This document shows positions 17,301 to 27,000 of a stretch of 64,000 nucleotides of DNA, in pieces (position 1 is the stretch's first letter; every line of letters starts with the position of its first letter). The stretch lies in the IMG/VR virus record IMGVR_UViG_3300040959_000809; one strand, written 5' to 3'. The translations under genes and the position numbers were made by a program. This DNA comes from a virus. Under the pieces are notes generated by a model. That model did no database searches and had not been told where the DNA came from. It worked only from the letters and a program-made list of their open reading frames with translations.

Positions 17301-18788
17301 ATCAGTACCAGCACCACTTTCAGCAATAATTTTTGTATCTTGGTCAACATCAATAACACCACCAAGACCTGCCCATGCAGTACCTTTATAACCTTCAAAT
17401 TGATTATCAGTGGTATTATATCGGATCATACCTTGTTCAGCAGTTGGCCTATCATTAGTAGTACCAACAGGCAAAATTAATCCACCTGCACTGTTGACAT
17501 CAACGACATTTGATGTTATAATAAGACTATCGTCTTTACCAATAATATTATCAAATGTTTGAGTGTAGTCTACCTCAAATTCGGTTCCTAATGAACCAGT
17601 TAAGGTAAGACCTCTACCGGCCGTAAATGTACCGGTACCTTGGAATTGTGAGTAAATAATACCATCAGAATCTAATTCAAATGTCTCTGCATCTGCAACG
17701 GTGGCAACCCAACCGGTTTGTCCATATGTACTACCATCAGTTACGAATACAGGGAATCCAGCAATTTCTTTTGTTTCATCTGTATAAATTGGTCTTTGGA
17801 AAATCCAATCAGAAATACCATCACCAACCTGAATTAATTCATAACGGCCGTTTTCTATTGGATTGGTTTGATTTTTTACAAGAAGACCATCACCAAGACT
17901 CCAATTAGTTACCCCATCGATATCTAAAATAAGAGATCTTGGAATTGTAAGAGTTGATGAAACATTTGTATTTGCTACCGCATCAAATGGATTTTCAGCA
18001 TATGTTGCGCCCAGATCACCAGTCGTGGCAGCTATAACAACAATTTTTTCAAATATATCTTCTTGAACTAAGTCTACATATCTTTTGTTAGCTGGATCTG
18101 TTGGATCGACCGGATCATCTAGTACTCTGAAACTGATTGTTAGATCATCAATCGTATTATCTAAATACCGTCTATTTACTGCATCCTGTGCATTTTCCGG
18201 ATCATAGATATTGGATATTCTGTGGTTGTTTACATCTACCACACCACCAATTCTTGGGCTTAATGAGATATCTTGTGAACTTGTAATACGATTTTGAGTA
18301 AATGTAAGTTTGCCAACTTCAAAAGTATCTAGTCCTAAAAGAACATTTGATGATTCACCTGCGGCAATGGATGTATTACCAATAGTAAAATCTTTTGATC
18401 TGATTATGTTGCCGTTGGGTCCTGACTGGACCTCGAAGTGATATGACCAAAAGGTGCTATTATCAAATTGAGTAATATGACCAAATTGATCTATATCAAT
18501 ATTTGTAATAAAATCAAGTGGGTCATTAACTGTGCTAACGGCTGTAGTAGTATTGGCGTGGTGGATTACTACGTTTGCAGACTCAATACCGGTATTACCA
18601 GATACTGTGATACCTCGACCAGCTTCGAGATCTCTAATATAGCTTCCTACAGTATCGACACCAAGGGTAACTGAATCAGGTGTGATTACAGGTTTTGATT
18701 GACCCTGTGCAACAATAGATCTTGTAGTATCCTGTTTTGGTGTAGCCCGTATAGATCTCGAGCCGCCAACTTTAACCTTAATACTCAT
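14373..18788 (-). CDS. Fibre-like virion structural protein (1471 aa) with two pairs of duplicated domains
   Basis: DA(V/A)NxxY(V/L)D stalk motifs; two copies of LPVG...RP...GMIRYNTTD..FEGY...VIDVDQDTKI.AES..DNDQLDFF; two copies of AATT.DLG...DGVTNW..GD..LVK.QT.PI.NG.Y...VFVTDG...TGWVA.V.DAE.F.L.SD. Confidence 0.85.
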   Translation of the reverse strand: MSIKVKVGGSRSIRATPKQDTTRSIVAQGQSKPVITPDSVTLGVDTVGSYIRDLEAGRGITVSGNTGIESANVVIHHANTTTAVSTVNDPLDFITNIDIDQFGHITQFDNSTFWSYHFEVQSGPNGNIIRSKDFTIGNTSIAAGESSNVLLGLDTFEVGKLTFTQNRITSSQDISLSPRIGGVVDVNNHRISNIYDPENAQDAVNRRYLDNTIDDLTISFRVLDDPVDPTDPANKRYVDLVQEDIFEKIVVIAATTGDLGATYAENPFDAVANTNVSSTLTIPRSLILDIDGVTNWSLGDGLLVKNQTNPIENGRYELIQVGDGISDWIFQRPIYTDETKEIAGFPVFVTDGSTYGQTGWVATVADAETFELDSDGIIYSQFQGTGTFTAGRGLTLTGSLGTEFEVDYTQTFDNIIGKDDSLIITSNVVDVNSAGGLILPVGTTNDRPTAEQGMIRYNTTDNQFEGYKGTAWAGLGGVIDVDQDTKIIAESGAGTDNDQLDFFNSGNQTLRLDADGDFKFGDGLNKFTIDWATGDTNIGGTLSIGGGIGGSGLSAGNLTENRVIFVGSGGSLIDSNTLRFDGSTLTVDGDTDITGNLTLGGNITIGDANVDTIEVVADFTSNLVPNADLTYNLGAIGKQWNRIFTPEIKSDSEVVSIGTIGALKLPVGAVGDRPSAETGMIRYNTTDSRFEGYDGNIWAGLAGSVIDVDQDTKIVAESSPNADNDQLDFFTAGVQRARIDSSGDVRFGNGLNKVIINYNTGELNVNTKITSNADLFLEANGAVNASGTKITNVANPTSNTDVVTFDYLENGDFTRTLDILEGSNTYNMTLLENDPTFQIGLGLNAEFVNNALLIQLAPSGVSSGRYGNDGYTPRFTVDGFGRIIDATEVPFVLQSNAIVEFEEASQDITASQFRFGTHQGISYTYEDASANGVINSTIDDFVINVTGDMVGSNTVLSVSDVTIPLTANFNFVNDVQGEANGSIVVFHSQGVGSTATIMHGDTSVMGDTGFVNGTVIQNLTFDDYGHVQTAAAINLDARYLSLAGGVLTGNISAPRFIDSNNPNYYMDPHSESRVNRMHFGYGGSTTQLSFTDGSGTVSTMYAAGGRVGFLNNSFNYTAYAERATSNWVVPDGDVEAKRFVDIDNISYFLHPAGTDSLLNELEIDNSLTVGTTIDAGTSVQVNSNLTLTTNEIATVGESDLSLNPASNVVDVNSSLISNLLSPVAGTDAANKAYVDATAQGLRVIPSALAATTTDLGGTFDGDLRTITGPTNTPFALDGVTNWEIGDRVLVKDQTDPIQNGAYVLTQDGNAVDPARPWILTRGEYFNESDEIPGSFVFVTDGTVNNGTGWVAQVDDAELFTLNSDDINWYQFSGAGTYTAGYGLSITGTEFRVTNPFINFGSDAGVADEVRLGETLTLVGGEGIDTSHANNEITISAELASTTNIGAAAFSAANFNVSAGVVTVSQINGGAF

Positions 18789-18825
18789 TTGATGATCCGT
18801 CTCTAAAAATTGTGTTTAATTAAAT

Positions 18826-18833
18826 TATTTATA
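18826..18833 (-). promoter_or_regulatory. T4 late promoter consensus TATAAATA
   Basis: Plus strand tatttata, 38 nt upstream of the ATG at 18788. Confidence 0.75.
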
Positions 18834-18844
18834 CACCTGATCTA

Positions 18845-20488
18845 TTATGCCATCTCCTTAATGTACATTGTATCGCCACAAATTCCAAATTGCATCCGAG
18901 CGGATTCGTTGCTATAAGCACTCATATCTACCCTAAGTTTATATGCAACAATATCTCCGGCATTACCGCCGTGTGTATCAACAAACAAAAAGTGTTGAGA
19001 ACCATAATATGTGCTAGATGGTGGGAACACAAACTGTTTTAAATCAGTAGGATTTTGCCCGTTAATATTTCGTTCCAAAACAACAACTATTTCAGACGCG
19101 TTGTTTGTCACGTTTGCGATTGATGCATCCAATTCAACTTTAATCCGAGTAAACCCTTCTGAAACTGTTAAACTAGTTTGTATATTAGGTCCGAGTCCAT
19201 TATCGCCCGCGACAGCCTCACCTCTTAGATAACTACCAGATGTTGTAGTGATACCAGTAGAAAAGGTTGTACTCTTTCCGAAAATTCTGGAATCCTCATT
19301 GAATCTTTTTTGAAGTGGTAACCAACTACCACCATTGGAGAAAAATACCTCCTGGTCCGCATCACTTATTGCTACAGCACCATTATAGGTATTTGCACTA
19401 GGGAAAGCAAGTTGCGACCCATATTCAAACGGAATAACAGCGGTTGTGGTTGTGGTATTTCCTCTGGATATAACATTATCTAATGTGCTTGTTTCTGTAT
19501 AGCTTGTGAGATAGCTAGATAAATCTGCAGGAGTAAATGTAAACACCCCATTGGCAGAATCATATGTAAGTGATGATGTACCAGCAGCGGCATTGGATAC
19601 TGTGATTGACTTAATACCATTCACAAATGAATATGTTCCAGCACCGTTGGTCCCAAGAACTTGATCAGCACTACCTTCAGAAATTTGTATATCTGTAAGA
19701 GTAGTAGTTCCTGCTGGTAATGCATCTGTAATACCATAGCCTGCAAGTGTCGTTGGTGTGTTATTGGCATTTGCCCAATCCACATAGTAAGCACCATGTT
19801 GACCATCTAATGTATCCGCGTTTGTGTCACCAGTATCAACACCTGGCCCCCAGCTAGATCCACTCCATTTTAAAACCTCACCGACCTGTGGCGCGGTATT
19901 TGCTACATTTGATATATCACTTAATGCTACAGGTATAAAAGGTGTGTCCGTTAGGTCATTATATGATCCACTGAATGGAACCAAAATACCAGATGTGTCA
20001 GTTAAATCTGTAAGATCAACAGGAATAAATGGAGTATTAGCAAGATCACTATAATCTCCACTGAATGCATCAGTAATTCCATACCCTGCAATAGTGGTCG
20101 GTAAACCTATAAGACTAGTAAATTGACCGTCAAATAAATTTGGTGCATTATAAAGATTATTATAATCACCATTGAATGCATTTTCGATTAGCTGATATAA
20201 TGTTAAATCTGGTTTATCAGTAAGATTATCATAATCGCCGTCAAATGCATCTGTGATTCCATAACCAGCTATTGTTGTAGGTTTGTTTAAAACATCAATA
20301 AAATCTGTCTGTGCTCCGGAAAGAGAAGATAATAATTTGACTACTGATTCAACACCATCAACATCTTTTTTCATATAAAGCTCACCGTCTCTTGTATTAA
20401 GAGCGATTTCACCTAATTCAAGTTGAGCGGTAGTTGGTGCTTTGCCAGCCTGAGCACTTCTTTTATGTTGGATTGTTATATCAACCAT
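18845..20488 (-). CDS. Fibre-like virion protein (547 aa)
   Basis: N-terminus paralogous to the 860-aa protein (PTTAQLELGEIALNTRDGELYMKK); three PTT(I/L)AGYGITDA tail-fibre repeats and repeated F.G.Y.(D/N)L..xP. Confidence 0.85.
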   Translation of the reverse strand: MVDITIQHKRSAQAGKAPTTAQLELGEIALNTRDGELYMKKDVDGVESVVKLLSSLSGAQTDFIDVLNKPTTIAGYGITDAFDGDYDNLTDKPDLTLYQLIENAFNGDYNNLYNAPNLFDGQFTSLIGLPTTIAGYGITDAFSGDYSDLANTPFIPVDLTDLTDTSGILVPFSGSYNDLTDTPFIPVALSDISNVANTAPQVGEVLKWSGSSWGPGVDTGDTNADTLDGQHGAYYVDWANANNTPTTLAGYGITDALPAGTTTLTDIQISEGSADQVLGTNGAGTYSFVNGIKSITVSNAAAGTSSLTYDSANGVFTFTPADLSSYLTSYTETSTLDNVISRGNTTTTTAVIPFEYGSQLAFPSANTYNGAVAISDADQEVFFSNGGSWLPLQKRFNEDSRIFGKSTTFSTGITTTSGSYLRGEAVAGDNGLGPNIQTSLTVSEGFTRIKVELDASIANVTNNASEIVVVLERNINGQNPTDLKQFVFPPSSTYYGSQHFLFVDTHGGNAGDIVAYKLRVDMSAYSNESARMQFGICGDTMYIKEMA

Positions 20489-20503
20489 GTTTTTATCCTT
20501 ATA

Positions 20504-20917
20504 TTAATACTGCCCACCATCCAAATTATCTCCATCGGTGATGCCGTTAGCATCGCCACCGATAATTGACCCAGATGATAAGTCGTTTGGATTTGTTATT
20601 GTTTCAATCACAAACGCAAGTCCCTCAACCACTTTAACCATTTCACCAGAAGTCTTTTTCATTAATACATCATACTGATATTTGCCTGGTTTCATAGAGC
20701 CAGTTACTTCATCGGATAAAATTAAGGTAATCGTAGCGTTAACAGTATCTTTTTCGATTGTAAAATCTGCGACCTTTGTGGACGAATACATTTTTCTTAT
20801 TGTCGAATAAAATGTATAAGAGGCAATCGGCAGGTTATCTCCGTCTTCGTCATCCAATTCAATAACGATACGGAAATCCGAACTCTGATCTATATAAACA
20901 TTTGCTCTCGATGCCAT
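20504..20917 (-). CDS. Small beta-sandwich protein (137 aa), probable fibre connector/adaptor
   Basis: ANVYIDQSSDF...YDVLM...KVVEGLA pattern, typical of the small conserved protein preceding fibre genes in marine T4-like phages. Confidence 0.7.
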   Translation of the reverse strand: MASRANVYIDQSSDFRIVIELDDEDGDNLPIASYTFYSTIRKMYSSTKVADFTIEKDTVNATITLILSDEVTGSMKPGKYQYDVLMKKTSGEMVKVVEGLAFVIETITNPNDLSSGSIIGGDANGITDGDNLDGGQY

Positions 20918-20940
20918 TTTTTAAATCTCTTTTTTTCTTA

Positions 20941-20948
20941 TATTTATA
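20941..20948 (-). promoter_or_regulatory. T4 late promoter consensus TATAAATA
   Basis: Plus strand tatttata, 24 nt upstream of the ATG at 20917. Confidence 0.75.
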
Positions 20949-20976
20949 AACAAAAGGGCATCAAAAAGATGCCCTT
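20946..20976 (-). terminator. Rho-independent terminator after the collagen-like gene
   Basis: On the minus strand: AAGGGCATC-TTTTT-GATGCCCTT (9-bp stem, 20954-20976) followed by TTGTTT. Confidence 0.8.
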
Positions 20977-21008
20977 CCATGTACTATATTATAGGATGAA
21001 CATTTGAA

Positions 21009-24000
21009 TTATTCTGATTTCAAATCCTCAACTTCCCCTTTGAGTTCCTTAATAGCTTCAATCAGAAGTCCTACCATATTACCATAGGCAACTGATTTCA
21101 TTCCATCATCTTTTTCGGAGACAACCTCTGGTAAAACCGCTTCAACCTCTTGAGCAATTACACCGGCATGAGTTCTTCCGTCATCACTGTTAATCTTGGT
21201 AAATGTTACACCTCTCATTGCGTTAACCTTGTCAAGCGCATTTTCGATGGTTTGTACATTTTCCTTAACTCTAGCATCAGATTCAGAAATAATGTCACCA
21301 GTTGCGGTAAAGTCACCATTACCCATATTCATGGTAAACTTGGCAGAACCAGCGACACCGAATTTAATATCGTAGCTATCGATTGCTGTGTCAAAGTTAA
21401 GATGTGAACCATCAAAGAATAAGTCATAATCTGAACCAGTACCTAGTTCTAAATTAACATTATCATTAAGTTGAATTGCCGTTGCAGGATCAAGACCACC
21501 ACCGCCTCCAGCAGGAGCAACAGTGAAGCTTGTAAATGCCCAATTATCAAAATTATCACCTGAAGCGTTATCCTGTTGAATTTTAATTTCAACACCAGCT
21601 GGTGAATCAAAAATGACAGCAGTACTTGCAATCGTTTGCAACGTTGCTATTTCAAGTTCTTTCTTATACCATACGTTTGAAACATCAGCAACGCCAGAAA
21701 TAACACCAAGATCAATCCAGCTTGCATCTCCTGTATTTTTTGCATAAAGCTTAAGATCTTCACCTGCTTCAGGGGAGTCGCCCCATCCACCACCACCTTT
21801 ATTACTCCAGAATACAAGCTTATCAGAACCGACAAAATTAACTGGAATAGTATATTCAAGGGATCTTGCACCAGTACCGGAGCCATTCATGGTGACAATA
21901 GGAGTTCCTGTCGGAACCGTGTCAGTAGGAGCCAGGCCGCTGACAGCGGATACAGTTGTAAAGGTCATCGATCCAGCTGAAATTGTCCAGTAATTTTCAT
22001 CCTCAACAGATATATCAAACCCACCAGATGGGCCGGAATCAATACCAGTTACCGTACCATTTACTGTAATATCATTAACTACAAGATTACCTTCACCGCT
22101 TAGAGATGCAGTAACAGTATCTGCTGTATTTCTAAAGTTCATTGTGAAGTTTGAGTTATTAAAGGCAGCATTCATATCGGTGCCGTCAAAATACATTTCA
22201 AAGTCGTCACCGGTTCCAAAGAACAATTTAGCATTATCAACTAAATTTATGGTTGCGGTAGAACTATCAATATCGACACTACCATCAACTGTAATCTTAT
22301 CATAAGTATGTATGTTCTCAACATTTAATTCATCAACCGAGGATTGATAATAGAAGTTTGAATCACTACCTGGGTTTGGACCAATGGTTGCATACAAGTC
22401 TCTCGGATTTGCCGCTGTTCCATCAAAGAATGGAATAAACATGTTGGTTGACTGAACGGCAACTGTCTGATCATGGATATTAGTAACAAAGATTGCGTTA
22501 GCAGATCCATCAGCACCCTGCACACCTTGGAAACCGTCATAACCTTGTAGACCAGCCTCACCTTGTAGACCTTGAAGGCCTTCACCATCAACACCAACAG
22601 TACCTTGAATACCTTGTGCACCTTGTATACCGGTAATACCTTGCACACCTTGTATGCCAGTAAGACCTTGAATACCTTGGAAACCAGTAAGACCTTGAGC
22701 ACCATCCTCAGATACAAGAGCATTTTCACCTGCTTCACCTTGCATACCTTGCATACCCTGGAAGCCATCAATGCCTCCACCGGTATAACCTTGAATACCC
22801 TGAATACCGTCATTACCTTGGACACCTTGAACGCCACTGCCAACAGTACCCTCTTCACCTTGGACACCTTGCCAACCTTGCATCCCTTGGATACCTTGGG
22901 TTCCGCCACCGTCATTACCGGTAAGACCTTGGACACCCATTCGACCCTGGACACCTTGTGGTCCTTGAGTACCTTGAATTGCCTGGTCACCTTCGATACC
23001 TTGAACACCTTGAACACCTTGAACACCTTGAATACCTTGAGTCCCTGGATCACCGGCACCGTTCCCACCCTGGAAACCAGTAATACCTTGGAAACCTTGG
23101 AAACCCTGAACACCAGGATCACCAAATCCAGGAACACCTTGAGTACCTTGGAAACCTTGGAGACCTTGAGTACCATTGCCTTCAGGACCTTCCTCACCGA
23201 TCAAGCCTTGGAAACCTTGTGTACCTTGAGTACCTTGGAAACCATCCGAACCAGTACCAAAGCCACCTTGTACACCCTGTATACCTTGGTTACCGTCATT
23301 ACCTTGGAAGCCTTCATTACCTTGAGCACCATCAGATCCTTGGAAACCTTGAGCACCCTGGACACCTTGAGCGCCTAACCCAGCACCACCGTCATTACCT
23401 TGGAAACCTTGGATACCAAGATCACCTTGAACACCTTGGATGCCTTGTGGACCTTGGATACCAGGTTGACCCTCGCTACCTTGGAGACCTTGGAGACCTG
23501 TAACACCGTCACCAGCCTCACCTTGGAGACCTTGAGTTCCTTGCACACCTTGTATGCCTTGAAGGCCTTCGCCGACAATACCTTGAACACCTTGAACACC
23601 CTGGACACCTTGTACACCTTGTACTCCTGGATCCCCAACAAAACCTTGGACACCCTGAACACCACCGCCGCCTTGAATACCTTGCGGGCCTTGGATACCT
23701 TGAGTACCTTCACCAGGAGGTCCTTGTAAACCCTGTACTGATTGTGTACCTTGTGGGCCTTGAACACCTCGGTCACCAATATCACCAGTTCTAGCAAATG
23801 TAATTCTTACATCTGTTCCATCTGGTAGTGATGTGATTGAGCCACTTAAATATGTAATATCAATTACGTGGTATGAACCAACCTCAGTTGAAGCGGAAAT
23901 TGTACCAAGTGCAAAGTTTTGTGGGTTTGCACCTTCAGTTAGTTTCCAGTGACCTTTAATAGTAGAGGTAGAATCATCAATTGTTCTAAGATAAGATTCA

Positions 24001-27000
24001 ATAGAGGTAAAGTTATCATCTCTTTCGTTCATTACCAACAATGAAGCTGAGGACCATGTAGAGTTATTAAATCTTAATTTACCAACACCCGGATCGCCTA
24101 CAGCAGTACTTGAAGAGAATGTATAGTCAAATGATACACCACCAAAGCTACCTGAAGGTCCTTGAGGACCTAAGTCACCTTGAACACCCTGAACACCCTG
24201 AACACCTTGAGGACCAAGATCAGAAATATCCATTTGGCCAACCATTGTGCCATGGAACTGACATTGATAATATAATGTGTCAGGTGCGTCACCAGGAACT
24301 TTAAAGAATATTTGTCCTACCTGCGCACCGTTATTGGTAACACCATTGTTGTACTGGTCACCTGTACCTGTACCTGGATCTGTTTTAATGTAGAATGGGT
24401 GGCCCGAAGCATTTACATTAAAGACATATGTAAAGCCTCTTAAAAGCCGTAATGTTGGATTGTTGGTTACACCATCAATTTCCCATGCAGAACTTCCATC
24501 ATTAACAACCTGATATGTTCTGTTGCCTTCAAGACCTTGGAACCCCTGGAAGCCTTGTGTTCCTTGTGTTCCTTGGAAACCTTGTGGGCCAAAGTCACCT
24601 TGGACCCCTTGGTTACCCTGCACACCAGTATTACCTTGAACACCCTGTGCTGATTGGACACCTTGAACACCTTGTAAACCTTGGAAACCAAGATCACCTT
24701 GAGCACCCTGTATACCTTGTACAGATTGAGGTCCTTGAGCACCCTGGAATCCCTGAGTACCTTGTATGCCTTGTGTTGCCTGTACGCCTTGTACGCCTTG
24801 TGTTCCTTGGTCACCAGTTCTTGTAAATGTAACTACTACTTCAGGATTGGTTGTAAAGTATGCCGATGTTCCGTTACCAGCAATAAATGTACATCCAACA
24901 GTAAAATATGTTGGTACTTCTGACAAGCTATCAATTTGGTAAATCACAAAGATTGAAGGATCTACTACCGAAATAACTTTAAAGTAACCTTTGACTCCAC
25001 TTGTGGAATCATCAATGGTTCTTAAAAATGCATCCAAATCATTTCCGGTTGCATCCTCATCTGATATCCGCATATTTGCCGCAGTGGCAAGTACTGCATT
25101 ATCAAATTTAAGATTACCAGCTAATGGATCTGAAACCGCAGTATCAGATAGGAAGTTATATTCAAAGGTCATCCCACCGTAGGCGCCAGTATAGCCTCTA
25201 AGGCCTTGTGTACCTTGGATACCTTGAACACCCTGGACACCAGTATCACCCTGGATACCTTGAACACCTTGGATGCCTCGGTTACCTTGGAAACCCTGAG
25301 TACCCTGAGAACCTTGAAAGCCTTGGACACCCTGGTTACCAGTGAAACCTTGGACACCTGTATCACCTTGAACCCCTTGCGGACCTAATGTACCAGCAGG
25401 GATAAAGTTAATAATAGTGCTATTACCATATACATTAGCAGCACCAGTGTTCCAGTTAGTTCCTGGAGAAGCGTCTGTTCCACCTAATAGCGAACTTGCA
25501 ACCCATTGAACATCAAAATGACCCCAGTCCTTACCAGTTCCGGTTGGACTCCATGTCCAGTCAAGAATGTTATAGATTACAAATTCGTAATCATCAGTAG
25601 ATTGATCTTTTAATGTTCTTACAAAAATTTGACCTTTTGCAGGATTACCAGCAATTGAATCAAGATAATCAAATAGACCATCGACTCTTCTACCAGTTTC
25701 TGTAAGATCATCAATGTAGAGTTTATCAGCTGTTGTAACATTAGTATTGTTAAGTAACCAACTATTTAATCCTGGGAAACCTTCACTAGTTGAAGAATTC
25801 CAAATCCAAGTAAATGTTAGACCACCGTTATAACCTGTATGTCCCTGGATACCTTGGAAACCATCAAAGCCCTGAATACCAGTATTGCCTTGAACACCTT
25901 GAACACCTTGTGGTCCTTGAATACCATCGAAACCTTGAATACCAGTATCACCTTGGACACCTTGAATACCTTGGTCGCCAGTTCTGATAAACGAAATTCG
26001 TACGTCAGTACCATTGGCAAGTGATGCGGCTGCGCCGATGTTTGTTGTAACATTAAGTACGTGATAACCTGCTGAGGAAGTACCTGTAAGAGAACCACTT
26101 ACTATTTCGTATACAAAATAATTATATACGTTTGTTGCATCAGCAATCTTTAAATAGCCTTTACTATTTGGATTGGATGACTCGTAAAATTCTTGTAGCA
26201 GTCCGTGTACGTTAACACCATCTGCATCTTCAACATCAATATAGAGTTGTGTTGAATCGCCAAATACACCGTCGCTACCTTTAATGATTCCAGCGCCTGG
26301 GTCTGTATTTGTAATATCTGTCTGATTATATGTATATCTTAAGCTTACGCCACCGTATTGACCGACGACTCCTTGAATTCCTTGAGTGCCATCATAGCCT
26401 TGAATACCAGTATCACCTTGGACACCTTGTACTCCCTGAACTCCTTGGACACCTTGAAAACCTAATGAACCTTGAATACCCTGTGTTGATTGAACACCTT
26501 GGATACCTTGCACACCTTGGTTACCTCTGACACCTTGGTTGCCTTGTACTCCCTGGAGACCTTGCACACCTTGGTTACCACGATAACCTCGTGAGCCTTG
26601 GATACCTTCTTCACCAATTGTACCTTGATTGCCTTGAACACCTTGTACACCTTGGAAACCTTGAACACCTCTAAAGCTACCAATGTTAACCCAAGTACTT
26701 CCGTCATAAATCCAAAGTTCATCATCTGCTTGGTCAATAACACCTTCGCCAAGATTAGCAGATGGGAAAGCAGTATTTAAAGTCGCTTGTGGATCACCAC
26801 CAGCATCAACATCAGGAACAGACCCTATAATAGTAAAACCAGGGCCATAATCGCCCTGAACACCTTGGTTGCCGTCATTACCTTGTATACCTGTGGTACC
26901 TTGCGGCCCTGCCCCAAGATCCACCCATGCAGTTCCGTTGGAGTATTTTAAATCTCCATTTTCTGCATAAACGATAGCACCTTCAAAGGGTACCGGATCT

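Noticed and set aside
22325-26780. Many long alternative-frame and antisense ORFs (for example 22572..23378 +, 22325..23197 -) with TLDTL or KVFKV repeats
   Set aside because: These are shadows of the CAA-GGT collagen codon repeat, which lacks stops in other frames; no RBS or independent features
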